From Acidobacteriota bacterium (GTDB lineage Bacteria; Acidobacteriota; Vicinamibacteria; Vicinamibacterales; UBA2999): a DNA stretch of 57,675 nt. A program made the position numbers and the translations under genes. Shown here piece by piece: positions 48,263-57,675 of the stretch (within the stretch, counting starts at the first letter, position 1; every line of letters begins with the position of its first letter). The DNA lies in contig JACQTK010000024.1 in assembly GCA_016210845.1 (NCBI GenBank), positions 1 through 57,675 on the forward strand, read 5' to 3'. Below the pieces are notes generated by a model. The model saw only the letters and a program-made list of their open reading frames with translations. It did no database searches and was not told the DNA's origin.

Positions 48263-49900
48263 ATGAAGCTCCTTCGTCCCCTCCCACGAACGGTCACCCG
48301 CCCCCTGTCATTCGCCGTGCTGATCGCCTGGGTGGGCTGCATGGCCGTGCTCGTGAACCGCTCGTACCTGCAGGCCTCACCAGCCAACCTCGCCACCGAT
48401 CTCGCGCGATACGGGCCGTCGGCCATCTGGCGCGGCGTGTACTACCGCGGGGAGAAGGTGGGCTTCACGGTCAGCCAGGTCGTCCGGACGGGAGAGGGCT
48501 TCGAGCTGCAGGAAGACGGTCGCCTGCAGATGACGCTGTTCGGGTCGACGTCGGCCGCCGCCATTCGCACCACGGCGCGCGTGGACGAGCGATTCCGGCT
48601 GCGCTCGTTCGAGTTCTCGCTCGATCCCGGCACCGGTGCCGTGGAGGTCCGCGGGAGCATCGATGCGCCTCCGCAAGGGAGCTCGGGTCCGCATCGCCTG
48701 ACGATCGCCATCACGTCGGCGGGCGGCACACGGACCGAGCAGCGCGATGTGGCCGAGGCGCCCGTGTTGACGCTCAACTTGTCGCGCATCCTGGCGAGCG
48801 GGGGCCTGACTCCAGGTGCTCGCCACCGGTGGATGGTGCTCGATCCGGCCACGCTGCGGAACGCGCCGATCGACGTCGAAGTCGGACGCCGCGAGGTGGT
48901 GCGCGTGGGCGATACACGGGTGCCCGCGTTCCGCGTGGAGATGGCGTTCGAAGGCCTTCGCACGACGTCCTGGGTGACCGATACGGGCGAAGTCGTCCGC
49001 GAAGAGAGCCCGCTGGGGCTCATGACGGTGAAAGAGGATCCGGAGCGGGCGCAGGGGCTCGCCGTCCCCGGGCGCGTTCAGGCCGATCTGCTCAAGGCAT
49101 CCGCGGTGGTGCCCCGGACGCGCGAACGCATCGAGGATCCACGCGCGGTGCTCCGCCTCCGCATTCGCCTCGACGGGGCGGACCTGTCCGGGCCCGATCT
49201 CCAGGGCGCGGGTCAGCAGGTCAGCGGCAACGAGATCGAGATCGTCGACCCGCGCACGCTGGCCGCGGCCCCGTTGGAACGCGACCTCCAGCCGTATCTC
49301 GAGCCGGAGCCGCTCATCGAGAGCGACGCGCCCGAGATCCGCGCGGAGGCGGAGATGGCGCTGCGTGGGGTCGACGGTGCGCGGGCCCGGGCGGAGCGGC
49401 TGACGCGCTACGTGAACGCGCTGCTCGAAAAGAAGCCCACCGTCAGCCTGCCGTCTGCGCGCGACGTGCTGCGCACCAAGGTGGGCGACTGCAACGAGCA
49501 CACCGCGCTCTACGTGGCCATGGCACGCGCGGCGGGCATTCCGGCGAGGATTGCGGTGGGCCTGGTCTACGTGCTGGGCGCGCAGGGGGCCTTCTATTAC
49601 CACGCGTGGCCCGAGGTGTACCTGGACGAAGGGAACGGCCGCGGCCTGTGGCTGCCCGTCGATCCGACGCTCAATCAGTTTCCCGCCGACGCCACGCACG
49701 TGCGGCTCGCACGCGGCGGTCTCGACCGACAGGCCGCCATCGTGCCGCTCGTCGGGCGCCTGGAGATGACCGTGCTCGATCTCGAGCAGGATCCCGCCGC
49801 CACGCCGATCATCGTTGGACGGGAGCAGGCCGGCCTGCCGCCGCTCGCGCCGGCCGTGACTCGCGCACGGCCCGATCCCTGTGGGTGCGACGAGCCATGA
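48263..49900 (+). CDS. Membrane-anchored transglutaminase-like domain protein
   Basis: N-terminal TM; GDCNEH, YHAWPEVY, VDPT (Cys-His-Asp triad). Confidence 0.85.
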   Translation: MKLLRPLPRTVTRPLSFAVLIAWVGCMAVLVNRSYLQASPANLATDLARYGPSAIWRGVYYRGEKVGFTVSQVVRTGEGFELQEDGRLQMTLFGSTSAAAIRTTARVDERFRLRSFEFSLDPGTGAVEVRGSIDAPPQGSSGPHRLTIAITSAGGTRTEQRDVAEAPVLTLNLSRILASGGLTPGARHRWMVLDPATLRNAPIDVEVGRREVVRVGDTRVPAFRVEMAFEGLRTTSWVTDTGEVVREESPLGLMTVKEDPERAQGLAVPGRVQADLLKASAVVPRTRERIEDPRAVLRLRIRLDGADLSGPDLQGAGQQVSGNEIEIVDPRTLAAAPLERDLQPYLEPEPLIESDAPEIRAEAEMALRGVDGARARAERLTRYVNALLEKKPTVSLPSARDVLRTKVGDCNEHTALYVAMARAAGIPARIAVGLVYVLGAQGAFYYHAWPEVYLDEGNGRGLWLPVDPTLNQFPADATHVRLARGGLDRQAAIVPLVGRLEMTVLDLEQDPAATPIIVGREQAGLPPLAPAVTRARPDPCGCDEP

Positions 49901-50649
49901 TCGCCGTCGAGCATCTCGTCAAGCGCTACGGCCGCTTCACGGCGGTCGACGATGTCAGCCTGAAGGTGGAGCCTGGCGAGATCCACGGCTTCCTGGGGCC
50001 GAATGGGGCCGGCAAGACGACCACGCTCCGCATGATCGCGGGGCTGCTCGAGCCCGACTCGGGACGGATTGTCGTCAACGGGCACGACCTCGCCGCCCGT
50101 CCCGACGCCGCGAAGGCCTCGCTGGGCTTCATCCCCGATCGGCCGTTCATCTACGAGAAGCTGACCGCCGGTGAGTTTCTGCGCTTTCATGGCGGGCTGT
50201 ACGGGCTCGACGGCAACGGGATTCACGCGCGCGTGCGCGAGATGCTCGACCTGTTCGAGCTGCGGCGCTGGGAGGACGAGCTCGTGGAGAGCTTCTCCCA
50301 CGGCATGAAGCAGCGGCTCGTCATGAGCGCGGCCTTCCTGCACCGGCCGCGGGCGGTGGCGGTGGACGAGCCGATGGTCGGCCTCGATCCCAGAGGCGCC
50401 CGGCTGATCAAGGACGTGTTCCGCCGCATGAGCGCGCACGGCGTGGCGATCCTCATGAGCACGCACACGCTCGAGGTCGCCCAGGAGATGTGCCATCGCG
50501 TCAGCATCATCCACAAGGGGCGCATCATTGCCCAGGACACCGTCGACGAGGTGCGCCGGATGGCGGGGGGCCACGACGAGCACCTGACGTCGGTATTCCT
50601 CAAGCTGACCGGCGGCAGCGGCCTGCAGGAGATAGACGAGGTCGTATGA
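49897..50649 (+). CDS. ABC transporter ATP-binding protein
   Basis: GPNGAGKTT, FSHGMKQR, VDEP, STH; ATGA overlaps. Confidence 0.92.
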   Translation: MIAVEHLVKRYGRFTAVDDVSLKVEPGEIHGFLGPNGAGKTTTLRMIAGLLEPDSGRIVVNGHDLAARPDAAKASLGFIPDRPFIYEKLTAGEFLRFHGGLYGLDGNGIHARVREMLDLFELRRWEDELVESFSHGMKQRLVMSAAFLHRPRAVAVDEPMVGLDPRGARLIKDVFRRMSAHGVAILMSTHTLEVAQEMCHRVSIIHKGRIIAQDTVDEVRRMAGGHDEHLTSVFLKLTGGSGLQEIDEVV

Positions 50650-52337
50650 CGGCGCAGGCCTTCCCGTACCTCCTCGTGCCGCATCTGTGGTCGTCGCGCA
50701 ACCGCGTGCGGCGCAGGGAGCGGGGCGACCTCGTGCGGGCCGGGCTGTTCGGCTCCATCGGGGTCGCGGTCTGCGCGGCGCTTTTCGGCGGCGCGTACTG
50801 GCTCACGGGGCAGCTGCTCGAGTACGCCGAGTTCGGCGACTACCTGCTGCGGCTCGGGCTCTCGTGGCTGTTCCTCACGTTCCTCGCGTTTCTCGCGTTC
50901 AGCGGCGTGGTCACCGCGCTCTCGACCTTCTTCCTGGCTGACGACCTGCGCCTGCTGATGGCGGCGCCCGTGGCGGCGCGGCGGCTGTTCCACGCGCGGT
51001 TCGCGCGCACGCTGGGGCAGGCGTCCTGGATGGTGGTGATCTTTCTGACGCCCGTCCTGATCGGCATCGGCGCGGCGCGCTGCGCGCCGCCGCTGTTCTA
51101 CGCGACTGCGGTGGCCACCGTCCTGCCGTTCTCCATGATTCCTGTCGCCTGCGGGACCGCGGCCACGCTGCTGCTGGTGAACATTCTCCCCGCGCGCCGG
51201 GCCCGCGACATCCTCATGCTGATGGGGCTGCTGTTTGCGGCGGCGCTCATCCTGCTGCTGCGCTTCATCCGGCCGGAGCGGCTGCTCCGAGTGGAATCGC
51301 TGCCTGACATCACCGACTTCTTTGCCACGCTCCAATCGCCCATCACGCCGATGCTGCCGTCGTTCTGGGCGGGGGAATCACTGTTCGCCAGCCTCCAAGG
51401 CGGCCTCGACTGGCTCCACACGGGCGCGCTCTGGACGACGGCCCTGGTGTGCACGCTCGTGGTGGGGGCGGCAAGCGAGCGCTGGCACTTCGCCGGCTAC
51501 AGCCGGTCGCAGGAAGCCCCGAAGGCCCGCTTCACCCAGCTCCGCAGCCTCGATCGGTTGGCACGGCTGGCGCCGCTGTCACGTGTACGGCGCCACCTGC
51601 TGCTGAAGGACGCGAAGATCTTCCTGCGCGACATCAGCCAGATCCTGCAGCTGCTGCCGCTGCTCGCGCTGGTGCTGCTCTATCTCTACAACTTCCGCGT
51701 GCTGGATCTGGAGCGCATCCCCTACATGAGCGGCGTCATCAAGAACGCCTACGGGTTCGTCAATCTCGGCATGGCGGGCTTCGTGATGGCGACGGTGGCG
51801 GTGCGGTTCGTGTTTCCGGCCGTGTCGGCCGAGGGCGGCGCGTTCTGGATCATCCGGACCGCCCCGGTGTCGATGCACGATTTCCTCTGGTCCAAGTTCT
51901 GGACCGGCCTGGTGCCGGTATTCGTGCTCACGGAGACGCTGACGATGGCCGCCAACGAGCTGCTCGGCATCGATCCGTTCCTGAAGGTCGTGTCCGCCGG
52001 CGCGATCCTCTTCATGAGCCTCGCGCTGGTGGGTTTGGCCACCGGGCTCGGTGCGCGCTATCCGAGGTTCGGGGCGGATCCCAACCAGGTGGCGGGATCC
52101 TATGGCGGCGTGGCCTTCATGATCCTGGCGGTCCTCTACATCCTCGTGATGATTGCGCTGCTCGGCTGGCCCTCGTCCATCTACTTGTTCCGGCAGGTCC
52201 GCGGGCTGCCGCTGCGCGGCGCCGACGAGATCCGCTTCGGGGTCTGCTTTGCCGCGGCCGCCGCGCTCAGTCTCGGCACGTGGCTGACGGCGATGCGCGC
52301 GGGCGTCCGCGCGCTGAAGGAACTGGATCGCCGATAG
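50646..52337 (+). CDS. Putative ABC transporter permease
   Basis: About 12 hydrophobic segments; SAEG..FWIIRTAPV; coupled to the ATPase. Confidence 0.8.
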   Translation: MTAQAFPYLLVPHLWSSRNRVRRRERGDLVRAGLFGSIGVAVCAALFGGAYWLTGQLLEYAEFGDYLLRLGLSWLFLTFLAFLAFSGVVTALSTFFLADDLRLLMAAPVAARRLFHARFARTLGQASWMVVIFLTPVLIGIGAARCAPPLFYATAVATVLPFSMIPVACGTAATLLLVNILPARRARDILMLMGLLFAAALILLLRFIRPERLLRVESLPDITDFFATLQSPITPMLPSFWAGESLFASLQGGLDWLHTGALWTTALVCTLVVGAASERWHFAGYSRSQEAPKARFTQLRSLDRLARLAPLSRVRRHLLLKDAKIFLRDISQILQLLPLLALVLLYLYNFRVLDLERIPYMSGVIKNAYGFVNLGMAGFVMATVAVRFVFPAVSAEGGAFWIIRTAPVSMHDFLWSKFWTGLVPVFVLTETLTMAANELLGIDPFLKVVSAGAILFMSLALVGLATGLGARYPRFGADPNQVAGSYGGVAFMILAVLYILVMIALLGWPSSIYLFRQVRGLPLRGADEIRFGVCFAAAAALSLGTWLTAMRAGVRALKELDRR

Positions 52338-52355
52338 GGGCACGTCCTGCCCCTA
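52335..52355. terminator. Hairpin joining two convergent stop codons
   Basis: TAGGGGCA-CGTCC-TGCCCCTA; each arm contains the TAG of one convergent gene; no U-tract. Confidence 0.4.
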
Positions 52356-53330
52356 CGTCCGGATCATCTCCTGTGCGTACACCGCCGCCCCCAGCAGCCC
52401 CGCCTCGGGATTCAGGATGACCTTCACGGGCATCTGCGCCACGAGATCCGACATCACACCCTTGGCGCGAAACGCCTCCATGAACCGCCCGTCCTGCAGC
52501 GCCGGGAGGATCTTGGGCGCCATGCCGCCGCCGACGTAGACCCCCGACGTCGCGACGCCCCGAAGCGCCAGATTCCCCGCCTCGGCGCCGTACGCGCTCA
52601 CGAAGATCGACAACGCCTCCACGCAGGCCGGGCAGTGCGCCGCCAGAGCGGCCTGCGAGATGGCCGCCGGTTCCAGAGCGGCCGTGACCCCGCGCAGGGC
52701 GGAGCACTCCCGGCGTCCGTGCGTGAACCGGTGCAGGTTCACCAGGCCCGGTCCGCTGACGACGTGCTCGACCTCGACCCGCCCGTACTCGGCCCGCAGC
52801 ATCCGCAGCAGCTCGATCTCGCGGTCCGTGCGCGGCGCGAAATCGGCGTGCCCGCCTTCCGACGGCACGGGACGCAGCCGGCCGCCGACGCGGGGCACGT
52901 AGGCCTCGCCCAGCCCCGTTCCCGCGGCAATCACCACGGCGTTCCCGTCTTCGCGCGTCACGCCGTGCTGCAGCGGCACGACCTCGCCGGGGGTGAGCAC
53001 CTCGGCGCTGTTGGCCATCGCCTCGAGATCGTTGAGCAGGCGCACGCGTGTCGTGCCGGCGCCCGCCGCCATCTCGGCCGTGCTCACGTTCCAGGTGATG
53101 TTCGTCAGGTGCGCCGCATCGCCGACGACGGGGCCCGCCACGCCGCTGACGAACGCGTCGATCGTGAGCGGGCGCTGCACGTCCCGCGCGAACGCGTCGA
53201 GGATCTCGGTGAAGCTGTTGAAGGCAGCTGTCTCGTAGGCGCGAACGGCCACGGGCCGTGGACGCTCGCCGGCAGGCTCGAAGAGTCCGAGCAGCGTCTT
53301 GGTGCCGCCGACGTCGCCTGCGAGAAGCAC
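52353..53330 (-). CDS. glk: Glucokinase
   Basis: GDVGGTK, VAGPV, LNDLEA, GTGLG, SEGGH, VSGPGL, GGMAPK. Confidence 0.92.
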   Translation of the reverse strand: MLLAGDVGGTKTLLGLFEPAGERPRPVAVRAYETAAFNSFTEILDAFARDVQRPLTIDAFVSGVAGPVVGDAAHLTNITWNVSTAEMAAGAGTTRVRLLNDLEAMANSAEVLTPGEVVPLQHGVTREDGNAVVIAAGTGLGEAYVPRVGGRLRPVPSEGGHADFAPRTDREIELLRMLRAEYGRVEVEHVVSGPGLVNLHRFTHGRRECSALRGVTAALEPAAISQAALAAHCPACVEALSIFVSAYGAEAGNLALRGVATSGVYVGGGMAPKILPALQDGRFMEAFRAKGVMSDLVAQMPVKVILNPEAGLLGAAVYAQEMIRT

Positions 53331-53336
53331 CAGTGG

Positions 53337-53344
53337 ATTATATT
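53337..53344. promoter_or_regulatory. Bidirectional -10 element for two probably leaderless genes
   Basis: ATTATATT reads TATAAT on - and TATATT on +, each followed by 6 nt and then GTG. Confidence 0.5.
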
Positions 53345-53350
53345 GGCAGC

Positions 53351-54166
53351 GTGACGTCCACCGGCCCCGCGTCCATGTCCAGACGTCAACTGCTCGAGCG
53401 GTACCCGCGTGTGCGCGAAGACCATCTCCGCTACATGCAGAAGTGGGGGCTCATCCGTCCGTCGAGAGGACGGGATGGCGAGACGCAGTACGCGTTTCGG
53501 GATCTGGCGGTCGTCCGCCAGGCCGACGAGGCGCTGGCCGGGGGCGCGAGCTTTCGCGCCGTGCTGCGCCATCTGCTCGCGTCGCGATCGGGACAGTTGA
53601 CGCTGGACTTCCGCCTCGACGCGCAGCCCGCCAAGGTGCTGAAGCTCAAGCGGCGCGAGCTGCCGCCGCTGGCGGCGCTGATGGACCCCGCGCCCGCGCC
53701 GCAGGGAGCGTCGTCGGCGGAGCAGTTCTTCGTAGCGGGCTCGATTCTCGATGACGGAGATCCGGCGAACGTCGACGAGGCGTCGGCTGCGTACCGGCGC
53801 GCGCTGGAAGTCGATCCCTACCTGGTGCCGGCGCTGATCAACCTCGCCAACATCCACTATGCCCGCGACGAGATCGCCGAGGCACAGGCGCTGTACGAGC
53901 GCGCAATCGCGCTCGAGCCCGACGTCTTCGAGGCGCACTTCAACCTGGGCAACATCTTCCACGACCTCGGGCGGTACCGAGCGGCGCAAGCCTGCTACCG
54001 GGACGCGCTCAAGCTGAATCCCGCCTACGCGGCCGCGCACTTCTATCTGGCGGTGACGCTGGAAAAGGACGGCCAGTCGCAGGAGGCGCGCTCGCACTGG
54101 CGCGCCTACCAGCGACTCGCCCCGAACGGAGAATGGGTGGATTTGGCGAAAGAGTTCTCGGACTGA
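53351..54166 (+). CDS. MerR-like HTH + TPR-repeat protein (alternative start ATG 53375)
   Basis: LRYMQKWGLIRP..YAFRDL MerR-like wing; TPR repeats ALINLANI, AHFNLGNI, AHFYLAV. Confidence 0.75.
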   Translation: MTSTGPASMSRRQLLERYPRVREDHLRYMQKWGLIRPSRGRDGETQYAFRDLAVVRQADEALAGGASFRAVLRHLLASRSGQLTLDFRLDAQPAKVLKLKRRELPPLAALMDPAPAPQGASSAEQFFVAGSILDDGDPANVDEASAAYRRALEVDPYLVPALINLANIHYARDEIAEAQALYERAIALEPDVFEAHFNLGNIFHDLGRYRAAQACYRDALKLNPAYAAAHFYLAVTLEKDGQSQEARSHWRAYQRLAPNGEWVDLAKEFSD

Positions 54167-54168
54167 TC

Positions 54169-54245
54169 GATCGCGCACGCTGAAGCGTGCGCTCTACCTG
54201 TGATAAGCCGTCCCCCTGTAGAGCGGCGGCTTCGGCCGCCGCGAT
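54169..54245. repeat. GTAG-type REP doublet between convergent genes
   Basis: GATCGCGCACGCTGAAGCGTGCGCTCTAC..GTAGAGCGGCGGCTTCGGCCGCCGCGAT. Confidence 0.8.
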
Positions 54246-54247
54246 GC

Positions 54248-54548
54248 TCAGTACGAATAGTCCTCGCTCGGCGTCCGCTTCTTCGGCACGCGGCGGAGCT
54301 TGTAGTACTGGCAGTCCGGACACCACGCGTCGGCATCGAATCCCGTGGTCCCCGCGTACGGCTTCACCTCGCGGTGCGTGCAGAACGCGGCGTTGCCGTT
54401 CTCCTCGGGCTGCATCCACCGGCACGACCGGAACCGGACGACCGCGGCCGACTGCGGGCTGTCGGAGGTCGCGGGCGCAGTCGCCTCGGCGGGTGCGGGC
54501 GTCGTGCCGCCGTCGTGCGCGTCGGGCGTCGTCAATCCGGATGTGCTG

Positions 54549-54568
<20 letters not shown>
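54248..54568 (-). CDS. Small hypothetical protein with four-Cys motif
   Basis: TTG start with GGAG RBS overlapping the helicase end; SCRW..FCTH..WCPDCQYYK. Confidence 0.6.
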
Positions 54569-55859
<1,291 letters not shown>

Positions 55860-55865
55860 TTGAGG

Positions 55866-56084
55866 TTATCGAGCGCGGAAGGTGATGATGCCGCGGACCG
55901 GGTCGTACGGGGAGACGCCGACCGTCACGCGGTCACCAGGGACGACCTTGATTCGAAAGCGCCGCATCCGCCCGCTCAGTTGCGCGAGCACTTCGTGCCC
56001 CGCGTCGCACTGAACGCGATAGAGCCCTCCGGAGTGCACGGCGACGACCGTCCCTTGCATGTCTATGAGATCGTCTTTGCTCAA
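55866..56084 (-). CDS. infA: Translation initiation factor IF-1 (divergent stand-alone copy)
   Basis: 72 aa; GHEVLAQLSGRMR..IKVVPGDRV..SPYD..RG. Confidence 0.9.
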   Translation of the reverse strand: MSKDDLIDMQGTVVAVHSGGLYRVQCDAGHEVLAQLSGRMRRFRIKVVPGDRVTVGVSPYDPVRGIITFRAR

Positions 56085-56191
56085 CAGCTCATCCTTTCGC
56101 GCTACCTAGCAATCAGTGTGCCACATCGAGGGGACAGGGGGAAGGGGGAAGGGGACAGGGCTGGTCCAGGGGGCAGCCTGGAGAGAGGAGG

Positions 56192-57529
56192 CTACAGAGC
56201 GCGCACGCGTGCTTCCACCTGCTTCGCGAGCGTCGCGTAGTCGTCGCCGCGCAGGCGAAACGGCGCCCCGAACGCCACGCGCACGCTGCCAGGTCTCGCC
56301 ATCTTCCACGTCGGATGCAGCACGTGGTCCACGCCGTCGAGGCGCACGGGCACGACGGGCACGTCGAGGCGCGACGCGATCATGCTGATGCCGCCGCGAA
56401 ACGGCTTGATGTCGCCCGTCTCGGAGCGCACGCCCTCGGGAAAGATCAGGATCGACCAGCCGCTCCCGGTCAGCTCGCCCATGTACCGCAGCGTGTGCCG
56501 CGCCCCAGCCTCCCGCTGCGGAATAGGGAAGGTATTGAAGAAGAAGCAGGCCAGATAGTAGTTCAGCGAATTCGTGAACCATTGGCGCCAGGGATGTTCC
56601 GCGCGGTAGAAGTGCGCCGTGAAGAACTCCTTGAGCATGGCGGGCGCCACCCGCGCGCGCCAGCGGCCTGGGAGCGCCGCCACGATCACGGGTACGTCCA
56701 TGTGGCTCTGGTGATTCGAGGCGAAGACGACTGGTCCCTCGAGATGCGCCAGATGTTCCAGGCCCTCGACACGCGCGTGGGCGAACACGCGCGCGAGCGG
56801 GACGATCCAGGTCGCGAGCGACAACCGCCTGATGATGCGCACGGGCCACGCGCGATTCCAGACGGGGAAGTCCACGGGCTCCTCGGCGTCCTCGACCGAT
56901 GGCCCACGCTCGACGAGCCGCTTCAGGTCGCCGACGCGGCTGGCCTCCGCAAAGCGCGCCTCGTCGACGCGGGTCTGAAAGCGGTCTTCGAGCGCCACCA
57001 TCAGCTCCACGCGTTCGAGCGAGCTCAGTCCGAGCTCCTCGAGCGTCGTCTCGCCGCTGATGTCGCGCCCGCGAGCGAAGCGGGCGACGAGCGCTTCGAG
57101 GGTATCGTCGCGCGGCGCGTCCAGCCGCCTCCCCCCCGACGCCACCCAGTCGCGGATCGCCGCGCGCCTCAGCTTGCGCGTCCCCTCGGTCCTTGGCAGC
57201 GCGCCGGTCGGCCACACCGACGCGCCGCGGATTCGTTGGTGGTCCTGGAGGCGCATGTTGGCGTCCCGCACGATGGCATCGACGTTCGCGCCGGACTCCA
57301 CGACCAGCACCGCATGAACGCGCTCTTCACCGTCCTGTGTCGTGCCGACGACGGCCGATTCGCGCACACTGGGCAGCCCATCGAGCACGCGCTCGACGTC
57401 TTCGGGAAACACGTTGAGCCCTTCGGGCGTCACGATCATCTCCTTCTTGCGGCCCTTGATGAAGAGCCGCCCCTCGGCGTCGCGCTCGCCGATGTCGCCC
57501 GTGTGCAGCCATCCTTGCTCGTCGAGCAC
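56192..57529 (-). pseudogene. 5'-truncated long-chain acyl-CoA ligase C-terminus + ACP + PlsC acyltransferase
   Basis: Homology starts at GWLHTGDIG..GRKKE; LGLSSL carrier Ser; NHQSHMD and IFPEG; main AMP-binding domain absent. Confidence 0.6.
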
Positions 57530-57630
57530 GCCTTCGGGCTGAGGCCTGAGCCCTGGGGCCTGCTGTATCGGAAAGCAAGGTCCTCGCCCGAATCGAACCA
57601 CGGGCGAAGGTCGGCCGTATAATCGACTCG

Positions 57631-57675
57631 ATGACGGTCGCACCGCGGACGCTCGTGCGTGTGACACTCCTTGCC
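57631..57675 (+). CDS. Probable start of a leaderless gene running off the window (MTVAPRTLVRVTLLA...)
   Basis: Perfect TATAAT at 57618-57623, 7 nt before ATG; signal-peptide-like start. Confidence 0.35.
   Translation, partial: MTVAPRTLVRVTLLA

Noticed and set aside
57541-57675. Group II intron or IS end explaining the truncated ligase
   Set aside because: No domain V/VI consensus or terminal inverted repeat recognised; the sequence fits a promoter plus the start of a divergent gene

Overview
High-GC bacterial chromosomal window; gene content and repeat style suggest Acidobacteriota (Vicinamibacteria-like), which is inference only. About 1-44.7 kb is a large surface-polysaccharide locus. 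It has two NeuB-type synthases and one NeuA-type cytidylyltransferase, with no NeuC in the window. One synthase sits in a compact block with a PtmA-like SDR, aldehyde dehydrogenase, transketolase, HAD phosphatase and a KpsS-like protein. The locus also encodes four paralogous 'SWDxL...RPHP' GT-B-like proteins, three 'GPWxxExGxExLYWIPFL' domains, several methyltransferases, a formyltransferase, a deacetylase, a WecA-like fusion, gmd, rfbD, a nucleotide-sugar dehydrogenase and an O-antigen ligase. The rest holds thiS-thiG, an EgtB/OvoA-like plus EgtD pair, a transglutaminase-ABC cassette, glk, an HTH-TPR protein, an infA/DEAD-box helicase/Cys-rich protein module and a 5'-truncated acyl-CoA ligase-ACP-acyltransferase. 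The most unusual non-coding signal is a set of small palindromic elements. A composite three-hairpin element of about 155-220 bp occurs six times. It shows a compensatory base change, has flanking direct repeats at one copy and a nested insertion in another, and supplies stop or start codons to five genes. GTAG-type REP doublets, inverted 7-8-mer arrays and in-frame palindromes inside proteins are also present. No rRNA, tRNA, CRISPR array or transposase was recognised.
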